This document shows, in pieces, positions 49,501-61,500 of a DNA stretch of 64,000 bases; position 1 is the stretch's first letter, and each line of letters starts with the position of its first letter. A program made the translations under genes and the position numbers. The stretch is from Blepharisma stoltei ATCC 30299. Taxonomy: Eukaryota > Protista > Ciliophora. Where the stretch lies: NCBI GenBank assembly GCA_965603825.1, contig CBFDEM010000037.1, positions 1 to 64,000 of the forward strand, in the 5' to 3' direction. The notes beneath the pieces were generated by a model. That model ran no database searches. It had not been told where the DNA came from and saw nothing but the letters and a program-made list of their open reading frames with translations.

Positions 49501-52500
49501 TCCAAATGTGCTAGCTGTTCAGATAATTGTGCAAGTTGTTATAACGGTAGTGGATTTTGTGCTATCTGCAAGGACTCAAGAATGATGATAAGCACTAGCG
49601 AACCAGCAAAATGCATTTGCAAAGGAACCCAAAAACTAACTGGATCAACATGTTCTTGCGATGCAGGGTACTACTTTGACGGATCTACTTGTGTCCAATG
49701 CTCAAGCTTATGCTCCTCTTGCTCTGATTATACTGGCGAATGCAAAACTTGCAAAGATTCGAAAATGACTATTGACCCAACCAATAAGAAGAACTGTATA
49801 TGTATCGGAGATCAGATACTTAACAATAATATGTGTACATGCCCTGGAAGCAAACAATTCAACGGCGCTGGATGTTCTGATTGCAGCACTTTCTGTTCAA
49901 ATTGCAATGTTGGCTCTAATACCTGCAACATTTGTTTAGATGGAAATAAGATGTCTCCTGTAAGCAACACTCTAACTTGTGCCTGCAAAGGGAATCAAAT
50001 AGTAACAAATGCCGGTTGCAGTTGTCCTTCAGGCTCTTACTTTGATAGCTCAACTTGCTCGACTTGCGGTGATTTATGCACTACATGCACAGATACAACT
50101 GGTGTCTGCACTGCCTGTAAAAGTGATAAAATGGAAGTGGATCCTACTAATCAGAAAGTTTGTAGATGCAAAGGAACTCAACAGTACAATACCGTAACAT
50201 CCTCTTGCTACTGCCCTACTGGATATTACGATGACTCAACTTGTCAGAGTTGCACCACACTTTGCTCAACTTGTGACTCGACTAAGTGTTTAACTTGCCA
50301 AGGTATTGCAAACCTTATAGTAGACCCTCAAAATCCAACTAACTGTGTCTGTGCTAGCGGCTACAATTGGATTACAGCTAGCAGTTCCTGCGAACAATGC
50401 TCTGTTGGAACTTACTACGATGGCAAAAAATGTGACAACTGCGCTGCTAATTGTGCAAGCTGTTATAACGGGTCTGGAATTTGTAAAATCTGTAAAGACC
50501 CTAATAGAATGGATCTTAGTGGAACGACATGCACTTGCAAAGGAACCCAAAAACTAACTGGATCAACATGTTCTTGCGATGCAGGGTACTACTTTGACGG
50601 ATCTACTTGTGTCCAATGCTCAAGCTTATGCTCCTCTTGCTCAGATTACACTGGTGAATGCAAAACTTGCAAAGATTCGAAAATGACTATTGACTCAGCC
50701 AATAAGAAGAACTGTATATGTATCGGAGATCAGGTACTTAACAATAATATGTGTACATGCCCTGGAAGCAAACAATTCAACGGCGCTGGATGTTCTGATT
50801 GCAGCACTTTCTGTTCAAATTGCAATGTTGGCTCTAATACCTGCAACATTTGTTTAGATGGAAACAGGATGTCTCCTGTAAGCAACACTCTAACTTGTGC
50901 CTGCAAAGGGAATCAAATAGCAACTAATGCCGGCTGCAGTTGTCCGGCAGGCTCTTACTTTGATAGCTCAACCTGCTCGACTTGCGGCGATTTATGCACT
51001 ACATGCACAGATACAACTGGTATCTGCACTGTTTGTAAGGATAGTAAAATGGAAGTTAACCCTACTAATCAGAAAGTTTGTAGATGCAAAGGAACTCAAC
51101 AGTACAATACCGTAACATCCTCTTGCTACTGCCCTACTGGATACTACGACGGTTCAACTTGTCAGAGTTGCACAACTCTTTGCTCGACCTGCGACTCGAC
51201 TAAATGTTTAACTTGTCAAGGTATTGCCAACCTTATAGTAGACCCTCAAAATCCAACTAACTGTGTCTGTGCCAGCGGATACAATTGGATTACAGAATCG
51301 GGCAAGTGTGAACAATGCTCTGTTGGAACTTATTATGATGGTAACAAATGTGCTGTCTGCTCAGATAATTGTGCAAGCTGCTACGATAGAACTGGCTATT
51401 GCAAAGCATGCAACTCAAGATTTACTCCAAGTACCATCAACCCAGCTAAATGCATTTGCAAAGGAACCCAAAAGTTAATCGGATCAACTTGCTCTTGTGA
51501 TGCAGGGTACTACTTTGATGGAGATACATGTGTTCAATGCTCAGATTTATGCAGCACTTGTGAAGATTTAACTGGAGTATGTAAAACTTGTAAAGACTCG
51601 AAATTGATGACATTTGACTCAAACGATAATAAAAAATGCAAATGTATTGGAAACCAGAGTTCGTAGCGGTGATACTTGCAGCTGCCCTAGCAACCAACAA
51701 TTCAATGGACTTGGGTGCTCTAGTTGTGGTGAATTTTGTAGTGCTTGTGATGTTAATGCTAAAGTCTGCAACACTTGCATAGATGGAAATAAGATGTCAC
51801 CTGTGAGTGGTGCTGTAACTTGTGCCTGTAAAGGGAATCAGCTTAAAACAAATTCTGGCTGCACATGTCCGTCAGGCTCTTACTTTGACAGCACAACTTG
51901 CTCGACTTGCGGTGATTTCTGCACTACATGCACAGATACAACTGGTATCTGCACTGTTTGTAAAGATAGTAAAATGGAGGTGGACCCTGCTAATCAAAAA
52001 GCTTGCAGATGTAAAGGAACTCAAAAATATAGCTACACGCTATCTTCTTGCTATTGTCCAACTGGATACTTCGATGGCTCGACTTGCCAAAGCTGCACAA
52101 CTCTTTGCTCGACCTGTGACTCGACTAAGTGTTTAACTTGCCAAGGTATTGCCAACCTTATAGTAGACCCTCAAAACCCAACCAATTGTGTCTGTGCCAC
52201 CGGCTACAATTGGATTACAGCAACGGGCAAGTGTGATCAATGCTCTGTTGGAACTTACTTCGATGGCAACAAATGTGCTAGCTGCTCAGATAATTGTGCA
52301 AGTTGTTATAACGGTAGTGGATTTTGCGCTGTTTGCAAAGACTCAAGAATGATGATAAGCACAAGTGACCCAGCAAAATGCATTTGCAAAGGAACCCAAA
52401 AACTAACTGGATCAACATGTTCTTGCGATGCAGGCTATTACTTTGACGGATCTACTTGTGTCCAATGCTCAAGCTTATGCACATCTTGCTCAGATTACAC

Positions 52501-55500
52501 TGGTGAATGCAAAACTTGCAAAGATTCGAAAATGACTATTGATGCAGCCAATAAGAAGAACTGCATATGTATCGGAGATCAGGTACTTAACAATAATATG
52601 TGTACATGCCCTGGAAGTAAACAATTTAACGGCGCTGGATGTTCTGATTGCAGCACTTTCTGTTCAAATTGCAATGTTGGCTCTAATACCTGCAACACTT
52701 GTTTAGATGGAACCAGGATGTCTCCTGTAAGCAACACTCTAACTTGTGCCTGCAAAGGGAATCAAATAGTAACTAATGCCGGTTGCAGTTGTCCTTCAGG
52801 CTCTTACTTTGATAGCTCAACCTGCTCAACTTGCGGTGATTTCTGCACTACATGCACAGATATATCTGGTGTCTGCACTGCTTGTAAGGATAGTAAAATG
52901 GAAGTTAACCCTACTAATCAGAAAGTTTGTAGATGCAAAGGAACTCAACAGTACAATACCGTAACATCCTCTTGCTACTGCCCTACTGGATATTACGATG
53001 GTTCAACTTGTCAGAGTTGTACAACTCTTTGCTCAACTTGTGATTCGACCAAGTGTTTAACTTGCCAAGGTATTGCCAACCTTATAGTAGACCCTCAAAA
53101 CCCAACTAACTGTGTCTGTGCCAGCGGCTACAATTGGATTACAGAATCGGGCAAGTGTGATCAATGTTCTGTTGGAACTTATTATGATGGTAATAAATGT
53201 GCTGCCTGCTCAGATAATTGTGCAAGCTGTTACGATAGAACTGGGTTCTGTAAAGCATGCAACTCAAGATTTACTCCAAGTCTTGTCGAACCAACTAAAT
53301 GCATTTGCAAAGGAACCCAAAAGTTAACCGGATCTACATGCTCTTGTGATGCAGGGTACTACTTTGATGGAGATACATGTGTTCAATGCTCAGATTTATG
53401 CAGCACTTGTGAAGATTTAACTGGAGTATGTAAAACATGTAAAGACTCGAAATTAATGACATTCGACTCAAACGATAATAAAAAATGCAAATGTATTGGA
53501 GATCAGATTCTTAGCGGTGATACTTGCAGCTGCCCTAGCAACAAACAATTCAATGGACTTGGGTGCTCTAGTTGTGGTGAATTTTGTAGTGCTTGCGATG
53601 TTAATAATATAGTCTGCAACACTTGTTTAGATGGAAGCAAAATGTCTCCTGTAAGTAACACTCTAACTTGTGCCTGCAAAGGGAATCAACTTAAAACAAA
53701 TACTGGCTGCACTTGTCCGTCAGGCTCTTACTTTGACAGCACAACTTGCTCGACTTGCGGTGATTTCTGCACTACATGCACAGATACAACTGGTATCTGC
53801 ACTGTTTGTAAAGATAGTAAAATGGAGGTGGACCCTGCTAATCAAAAAGCTTGCAGATGTAAAGGAACTCAAAAATATAGCTACACGCTATCTTCTTGCT
53901 ATTGTCCAACTGGATACTACGATGGCTCGACTTGCCAAAGCTGCACAACTCTTTGCTCGACCTGTGACTCGACTAAGTGTTTAACTTGCCAAGGTATTGC
54001 CAACCTTATATTAGACCCTCAAAACCCAAGTAACTGTGTCTGTGCCACCGGCTACAATTGGATTACAGCAACGGGCAAATGTGATCAATGCTCTGTTGGA
54101 ACTTACTACGACGGCTCCAAATGTGCTAGCTGTTCAGATAATTGTGCAAGTTGTTATAACGGTAGTGGATTTTGTGCTATCTGCAAGGACTCAAGAATGA
54201 TGATAAGCACAAGTGACCCAGCAAAATGCATTTGCAAAGGAACCCAAAAACTAACTGGATCAACATGTTCTTGCGATGCAGGATTCTACTTTGACGGATC
54301 TACTTGTGTTCAATGCTCAAGCTTATGCACATCTTGCTCAGATTACACTGGCGAATGCAAAACTTGCAAAGATTCGAAAATGACTATTGATGCAGCCAAT
54401 AAGAAGAACTGCATATGTATCGGAGATCAGATACTTAACAATAATATGTGTACATGCTCTGGAAGCAAACAATTCAACGGATCTGGATGTTCTGATTGCA
54501 GCACTTTCTGTTTAACTTGCAATGTTGGCTCTAATACCTGCAACACTTGTATAGATGGAAACAAAATGTCTCCTGTAAGCAACACTCTAACTTGTGCCTG
54601 CAAAGGGAATCAAATCGCAACAAATGCTGGTTGCAGTTGTACTTCAGGCTCTTACTTTGATAGCTCAACCTGCTCAACTTGCGGTGATTTCTGCACTACA
54701 TGCACAGATATATCTGGTGTCTGCACTGCTTGTAAGGATAGTAAAATGGAAGTGGATCCTACTAATCAGAAAGTTTGTAGATGCAAAGGAACTCAAAAAT
54801 ATAGCTACACGCTATCCTCTTGCTACTGTCCTACTGGATATTACGATGGTTCAACTTGTCAGAGTTGCACAACTCTTTGCTCAGCCTGCAACTCGACCAA
54901 GTGTTTAACTTGCCAAGCCATTGATCATCTTATTGTTGATACCCAAAACCCTACAAACTGTGTTTGTGCCAGCGGCTATAACTGGATTACCGATAAAAGC
55001 ACATGTGAGCAATGCTCTGTTGGAACTTATTATGATGGCAACAAATGTGCTAGCTGCGCTGCTAATTGTGCAAGCTGCTACGATAGAACTGGGTTCTGTA
55101 AAGCATGCAACTCAAGATTTACTCCAAGTCTTGTCGACCCAACTAAATGCATTTGCAAAGGAACCCAAAAGTTAACCGGATCTACATGCTCTTGTCATGC
55201 AGGGTACTACTTTGATGGAGATACATGTGTTCAATGCTCAGATTTATGCAGCACTTGTGAAGATTTAACTGGAGTATGTAAAACATGTAAAGACTCGAAA
55301 TTAATGACATCGGATTCAAACAATAGTAAAAAATGCAAATGTATTGGAGATCAGATTCTTAGCGGTGATACTTGCAGCTGCCCTAGCAACAAACAATTCA
55401 ATGGACTTGGGTGTTCTGCTTGTGGTGAATTTTGTAGTTCTTGTGATGTTATTAATATAGTCTGCAACACTTGTATAGATGGAAATAAGATGTCACCTGC

Positions 55501-58500
55501 TATTGGAGCTGTAACTTGTTCCTGCAAAGGGAATCAACTTAAAACAAATACTGGCTGCACTTGCCCGTCAGGCTCTTACTTTGACAGCACAACTTGCTCG
55601 ACTTGCGGTGATTTCTGCGCTACATGCACAGATACAACTGGTATCTGCACTGCCTGTAAAGATAGTAAAATGGAGGTGGACCCTGCTAATCAAAAAGCTT
55701 GCAGATGTAAAGGAACTCAAAAATATAGCTACACTCTATCTTCTTGCTATTGTCCAACTGGATACTACGATGGCACAACTTGTCAGAGTTGCACAACTCT
55801 TTGCTCAACCTGTGACTCGACTAAGTGTTTAACTTGCCAAGGTATTGCCAACCTTATAGTAGACCCTCAAAACCCAACTAAATGTGTCTGTGCGAGCGGC
55901 TACAATTGGATTACAGCAAGCAGCTCCTGTGATCAATGCCCTGTTGGAACTTACTTCGATGGCTCCAAATGTGCTGCCTGTTCAGATAATTGTGCAAGTT
56001 GCTATAACGGTAGTGGATTTTGCGCTGTTTGCAAAGACTCAAGAATGATGATAAGCACAAGTGACCCAGCAAAATGCATTTGCAAAGGAAACCAAAAACT
56101 AACTGGATCAACATGCTCTTGTGATTCAGGCTATTACTTTGATGGATCTACTTGTGTCAAATGCTCAAGCTTATGCACATCTTGCTCAGATTACACTGGC
56201 GAATGCAAAACTTGCAAAGATTCGAAAATGACTATTGATCCAGCCAATAAGAAAAACTGTATTTGTATTGGAGACCAAATACTTGACGGTAACAACGCAT
56301 GCACTTGTTCTGGAACTAAACAATTCAATGGTGCTATATGCTCTGATTGTGGAACCTTCTGTACGACTTGCAATGTAAATCCAAAAGCATGTAGTGTCTG
56401 TTTGGGAAACAGAATGGAACCAGTAAGCGGCACTGTTACTTGTGCTTGTAAAGGAAATCAACTAGTCTCAGCTAGTGGCTGCAGTTGTCCTGCAGGCTCT
56501 TACTTTGACAGCACAACATGTTTGGCTTGTGGCACTTTTTGCACGGCTTGTGATGACTTAACTGGAAAATGCAATACATGTAACTCTGTAACTATGGAAG
56601 TAAGCGACAGTGATCCAAAATCTTGTAAATGCAAAGGAACTCAAGTATATAGCAGCGTTTTATCCTCTTGCTACTGCCCCACTGGATACTTCGATGGCTC
56701 TACTTGTCAGAGCTGCACAACTCTTTGCTCAACCTGTGACTCAGCCAAATGCTTAACTTGTCAGTCTATTGCAAACCTTATAGTTGACCCTCAAAACCCT
56801 AAAAATTGTGTCTGTGCAGCAGGCTTCAATTGGATTACCGCAACCAGCAGCTGTGAGGTATGCGAAACTGGAACTTATTATGATGGAAACAAATGTGCCA
56901 GCTGCACAACGAATTGTGCAAGTTGTTATTACGGCACTGGAGTCTGCGCTTTATGCAAAGACACCAGAATGGCAATAAATGTGAATGACTTGACAAGCTG
57001 CATCTGCAAAGGAAACCAAAAGATTAGTGGATCTACATGCTATTGCGATTCAGGCTATTACTTTGACGGATCTAATTGTGTCCAATGCTCAAGTTTATGC
57101 ACATCTTGCTCTGATTACACTGGAGAATGTCTTTCTTGCAAAGATTCGAAAATGATTATTGATCCAGCCAATAAGAAAAACTGTATATGTATTGGAGACC
57201 AAATCCTTGACGGTAACAACGCATGCACTTGTACTGGAACTAAACAGTTTAATGGCAAGGGATGCGTGGATTGCGGATATTTCTGTAGCACTTGCGATGT
57301 ATCTCATAATACATGTAACACCTGTATTGACTCAGTCAGAATGGAACAAGTAAGTAACACTCTTACCTGCCAATGCAAAGGAAACCAAATCGCAAATATT
57401 GGCTCTTGCACTTGTCCTTCAGGCAACTATTTCGACAATTCAAATTGCCAAGCTTGTGGCGATTTATGTGCAGCATGCGATGACTCAACTGGAAAATGTA
57501 ATACATGCATAAACACTGCAACTATGGAAATAAGCAGCACTGATTCAAAGACTTGTAAATGCAAAGGAACCCAACAATATAGCAGCCTAACGAAATCTTG
57601 TTCCTGCACTTTAGGCTACTTTGATGGCTCAACTTGTCAGAGCTGCACAACTCTTTGTTCTTCTTGTAATGCAACTAAGTGTTTAGCTTGTCTTAGTATT
57701 GACAATCTTGAAGTAGATCCTACCAATCCAACAACCTGTCATTGCGCCGCTGGATATAACTGGATAACTGCGACTAACACTTGCGAGCAATGCCAAGCTG
57801 GAACTTACTATGATGGAGATAAATGCGCTCCTTGTTCTACTAACTGTGCTAAATGCTATAATGGCTCTGGAGTCTGCAGCGTCTGCGTAGATACAAGAAT
57901 GGACATTGGCTTAAATGATTTGACTAGTTGTGTATGTAGAGGAAACCAAAAGATCAGCGGATCCACATGCTCTTGCGACTCAGGCTATTACTTTGATGGT
58001 TCCAATTGCGTGAAATGCTCTGACTTGTGTGCTACTTGCCTTGATTACACTGGAGTTTGTACAGCATGCAAGGATACTGCGAAGATGACCTTTGATACAG
58101 CAAACAAGAAGAATTGCAAGTGCATTGGAGACCAAGTACTTAGCAACAATGTATGTACTTGCACTGGAACTAAGCAATTCAATGGCTCTGGGTGCTCTGA
58201 TTGCGGAACGTTCTGCTCCACTTGCAATGTAAACACGAAGGTCTGCAACACTTGTCTTGATACAGTTAAAATGACAGCAGTTTCTGGCACAGTAACTTGC
58301 TCATGCAAATCTGGTCAGCAAGTCACAGCGACAGGCTGTATTTGTGCTTCAGGATCATATTTCGACACTACAACGTGCTCAGCCTGCGGTAGCTTATGTG
58401 CTGCATGTGCTGAAACAACTGGCAAATGTTTAACATGCAAAAACTCGGTAACTATGGAATTCGGCACTGATCCAAAGACTTGCAAATGCAAAGGCACTCA

Positions 58501-61500
58501 GCAGTACAACAGTGATACAGCTTCATGCTACTGCGCTTCAGGCTACTTCGATGGCTCAACTTGTCAGAGTTGCTCTGCCCTTTGTTCTACATGCGATTCT
58601 AGTAAGTGTTTGACTTGTCAAAATATTGCTAACCTTGAAGTTGATATTACAAATCCTAAGACTTGCCATTGTGCGGCCGGCTATAAATGGATAGTAGCAA
58701 AGAGCACTTGTGAGCAATGCGCTACCGGAACTTATTATGATGGAAGCAAATGTGCTTCCTGCTCCACCCACTGTGCAAGCTGTCTTGATGGACTTGGAAT
58801 ATGCGGAAAATGCACTGATTCAAGAATGACACCAAACCTACTTGACTTAACTAAATGCATTTGTAAAGGAAACCAAATTGTCAGTGGATCAACATGCACC
58901 TGTAACTCAGGTTTCTACTTCAATGGCGAAAATTGTGTTCAATGCTCTAGCTTATGCAGCACTTGTTTAGATTACTCTGGGCAGTGCACATCGTGTAAAG
59001 ATTCTCAAACAATGATATTTGACCCAGTCAACAATAAAGCTTGCAAATGCATCGGTGATCAGTACCTTAGCAATGGTGTATGCACTTGTGATGCTGGCAA
59101 ACAATTTAATGGTGAAATTTGCTCTACCTGCGGAAACTTTTGCAAGACTTGCAATCTTTTAGCAAATTCCTGTAGCGCCTGTATAAACGATAGCACAATG
59201 ACAACAGTTGCTGGCACAGCAGCTTGTTCATGCAAATCTGGTCTAAATACCATAGCAACAGGCTGCACGTGTAATTCAAACTCTTACTTTGACGGCTCCA
59301 AATGTTCTGCCTGTGGTGATTTATGCGATACTTGCGCTGATACCTCTGGAAAATGTAATACATGCAAAAATATGGCAACTATGGAATTCACTGCTGATCA
59401 AAAGAATTGCAAATGTAAAGGCACTCAACTATACAACAGTAATACAGCTTCGTGCTACTGCGCTTCAGGCTACTTCGATGGCTCTACTTGCCAGAGTTGC
59501 TCTTCCCTTTGCTCAACTTGTAATTCTGCTAAGTGCTTAACTTGTCAAGCCATCGACAATCTTATAGTTGACTCGACGAATCCAAAGACTTGCAAATGTG
59601 CCAGCGGATACAAATGGATTGTATCAGGTAGCACCAGCACCTGCGGGAAATGTTTATCTGGCACTTATTATGATGGAACCAAATGCTCTAGTTGTTCAAC
59701 CAACTGTGCTACATGTTATGAAGGATCTGGGTTATGTCGAACTTGCAGTGACTCTTTGAGAATGCAAAAGAATCCAAGTGACTTAAGTAAATGTATTTGC
59801 AAAGGAAACCAAAAGGTCACTGGATCAACATGCTCTTGCGATGCAGGCTACTATTTTGATGGCAACAATTGTGTCCAATGTTCAGACTTATGCAAAACCT
59901 GCAAAGATTACACTGGTGAGTGTCAGGAGTGTATTGATTCAACTAAGATGATGGTTGATACAACAAATAAGAAAAACTGTAAATGCATAGGCGATCAAAC
60001 TCTTTCTAATAAGCAATGCATTTGCTCAGGAAATAAACAATTCAACGGTTCTGTATGCTCTGATTGCGGCTATTTCTGCAGCACTTGTAACACTGGAACT
60101 AAGACATGCTTAACTTGTGTTGATTCTAGAAGAATGGCACCAGTCAGTGGCACCACTACTTGCGCATGTAAGTCAAATCAAATTACAAATACTAACTCTT
60201 GTTCCTGTGCTTCTGGCTCTTACTTTGATGACGTAACATGTCCTAGTTGCCAAAACAAATGCGTTAGCTGTAAAGGCTTGTGTGCTACCTGCGATGATTA
60301 CACTGGAAATTGTCAAACTTGTAAAGACACTGCAAGAATGGATATTGACCCTGCAGATAAAACAAATTGCAAATGCAGAGGAACCCAACAGCTTGCCACT
60401 GGAACCTCTACTTGCAGCTGTGCAGCAGGTACCTATTATAATGGAACTACATGTCTTAAATGCGGAGATCGCTGCGCCACATGTGAGAACTACACTGGAA
60501 ATTGCAAAACTTGCCTTGATTCTTCTAGAATGAGCCTTTCTGGTAAGACTTGCCAATGTAAAGGAAACCAGCAATCCAGCTCTACCGCATGCTCTTGCTA
60601 TCCAAATCAATACTATGACGGATCAACTTGCCAATCTTGTGGCAAAAACTGTAAGACTTGCAAAGACACGACTGCAGAATGCACATCATGTTATAGTAAT
60701 TATGCCCTTGAACAAATAGCTCTCCCATTAGTATGTTCTTGTCCTGCTAAAACCTATGATGTCATTTCAGGCTGCAATCCTTGTGGAACAATGTGTGCTT
60801 CTTGTTTGAATGCAGGAATTTGTTCAACTTGCAACGATGATACAGTTCAAGAACTCGACCCAAATAATAGCCAGAACTGTAAATGTAAAGCTGCTACCTA
60901 CTATGATGGCACAACCTGCAAGAGCTGTGGAACTTACTGTGCTGCATGTGAAGCAACCAAATGTACTCAATGTGTGGACACAGATAATATGATTTACAAT
61001 ACTATTAAGGCTCACAATTGTGAATGCAAACTCGGAATGTACTATGACGCTAATTCAGCTAAATGTGTCAGTTGTATGGATAAATGCAATGTTTGTAGCA
61101 GTGGCACAAGCTGTACTACTTGTGAAAGCGGATATTATTTCGATGTGCCTACGTCTAGCTGTAAAGTGACTACATGTGACTCTGGAACTTATTATGATGA
61201 AAACTCGTGTAAAGCATGTTCTGCTCCTTGTTTGGCTTGCTCCAGCTCAACTTTCTGTTATACTTGTATTACAGCTGACTTTTCAATTGACGCCAGAGCT
61301 GGAACTTGCAACTGTGTGGCTGGTAAATGGTATAAGTCTTCTAGTAAGACTTGTGAGCTCTGTGGCCAGTACTGCTCAACTTGCACAGGATCAGCTGAAT
61401 TCTGCTCAACTTGTATTGATTCTACTATGACTTATAATGCAGTAACAGGAGTGTGCACATGTCCAGCGAAAACTTATTTCAGTACAGGAGTCTGTAAGAG

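Noticed and set aside
45385-51662. Programmed +1 ribosomal frameshifting or tiny introns at the two frame breaks
   Set aside because: No AAA-TAR Euplotes-type site and no GTAA...AG 16-nt intron at either break; single extra bases relative to sister repeats explain them.
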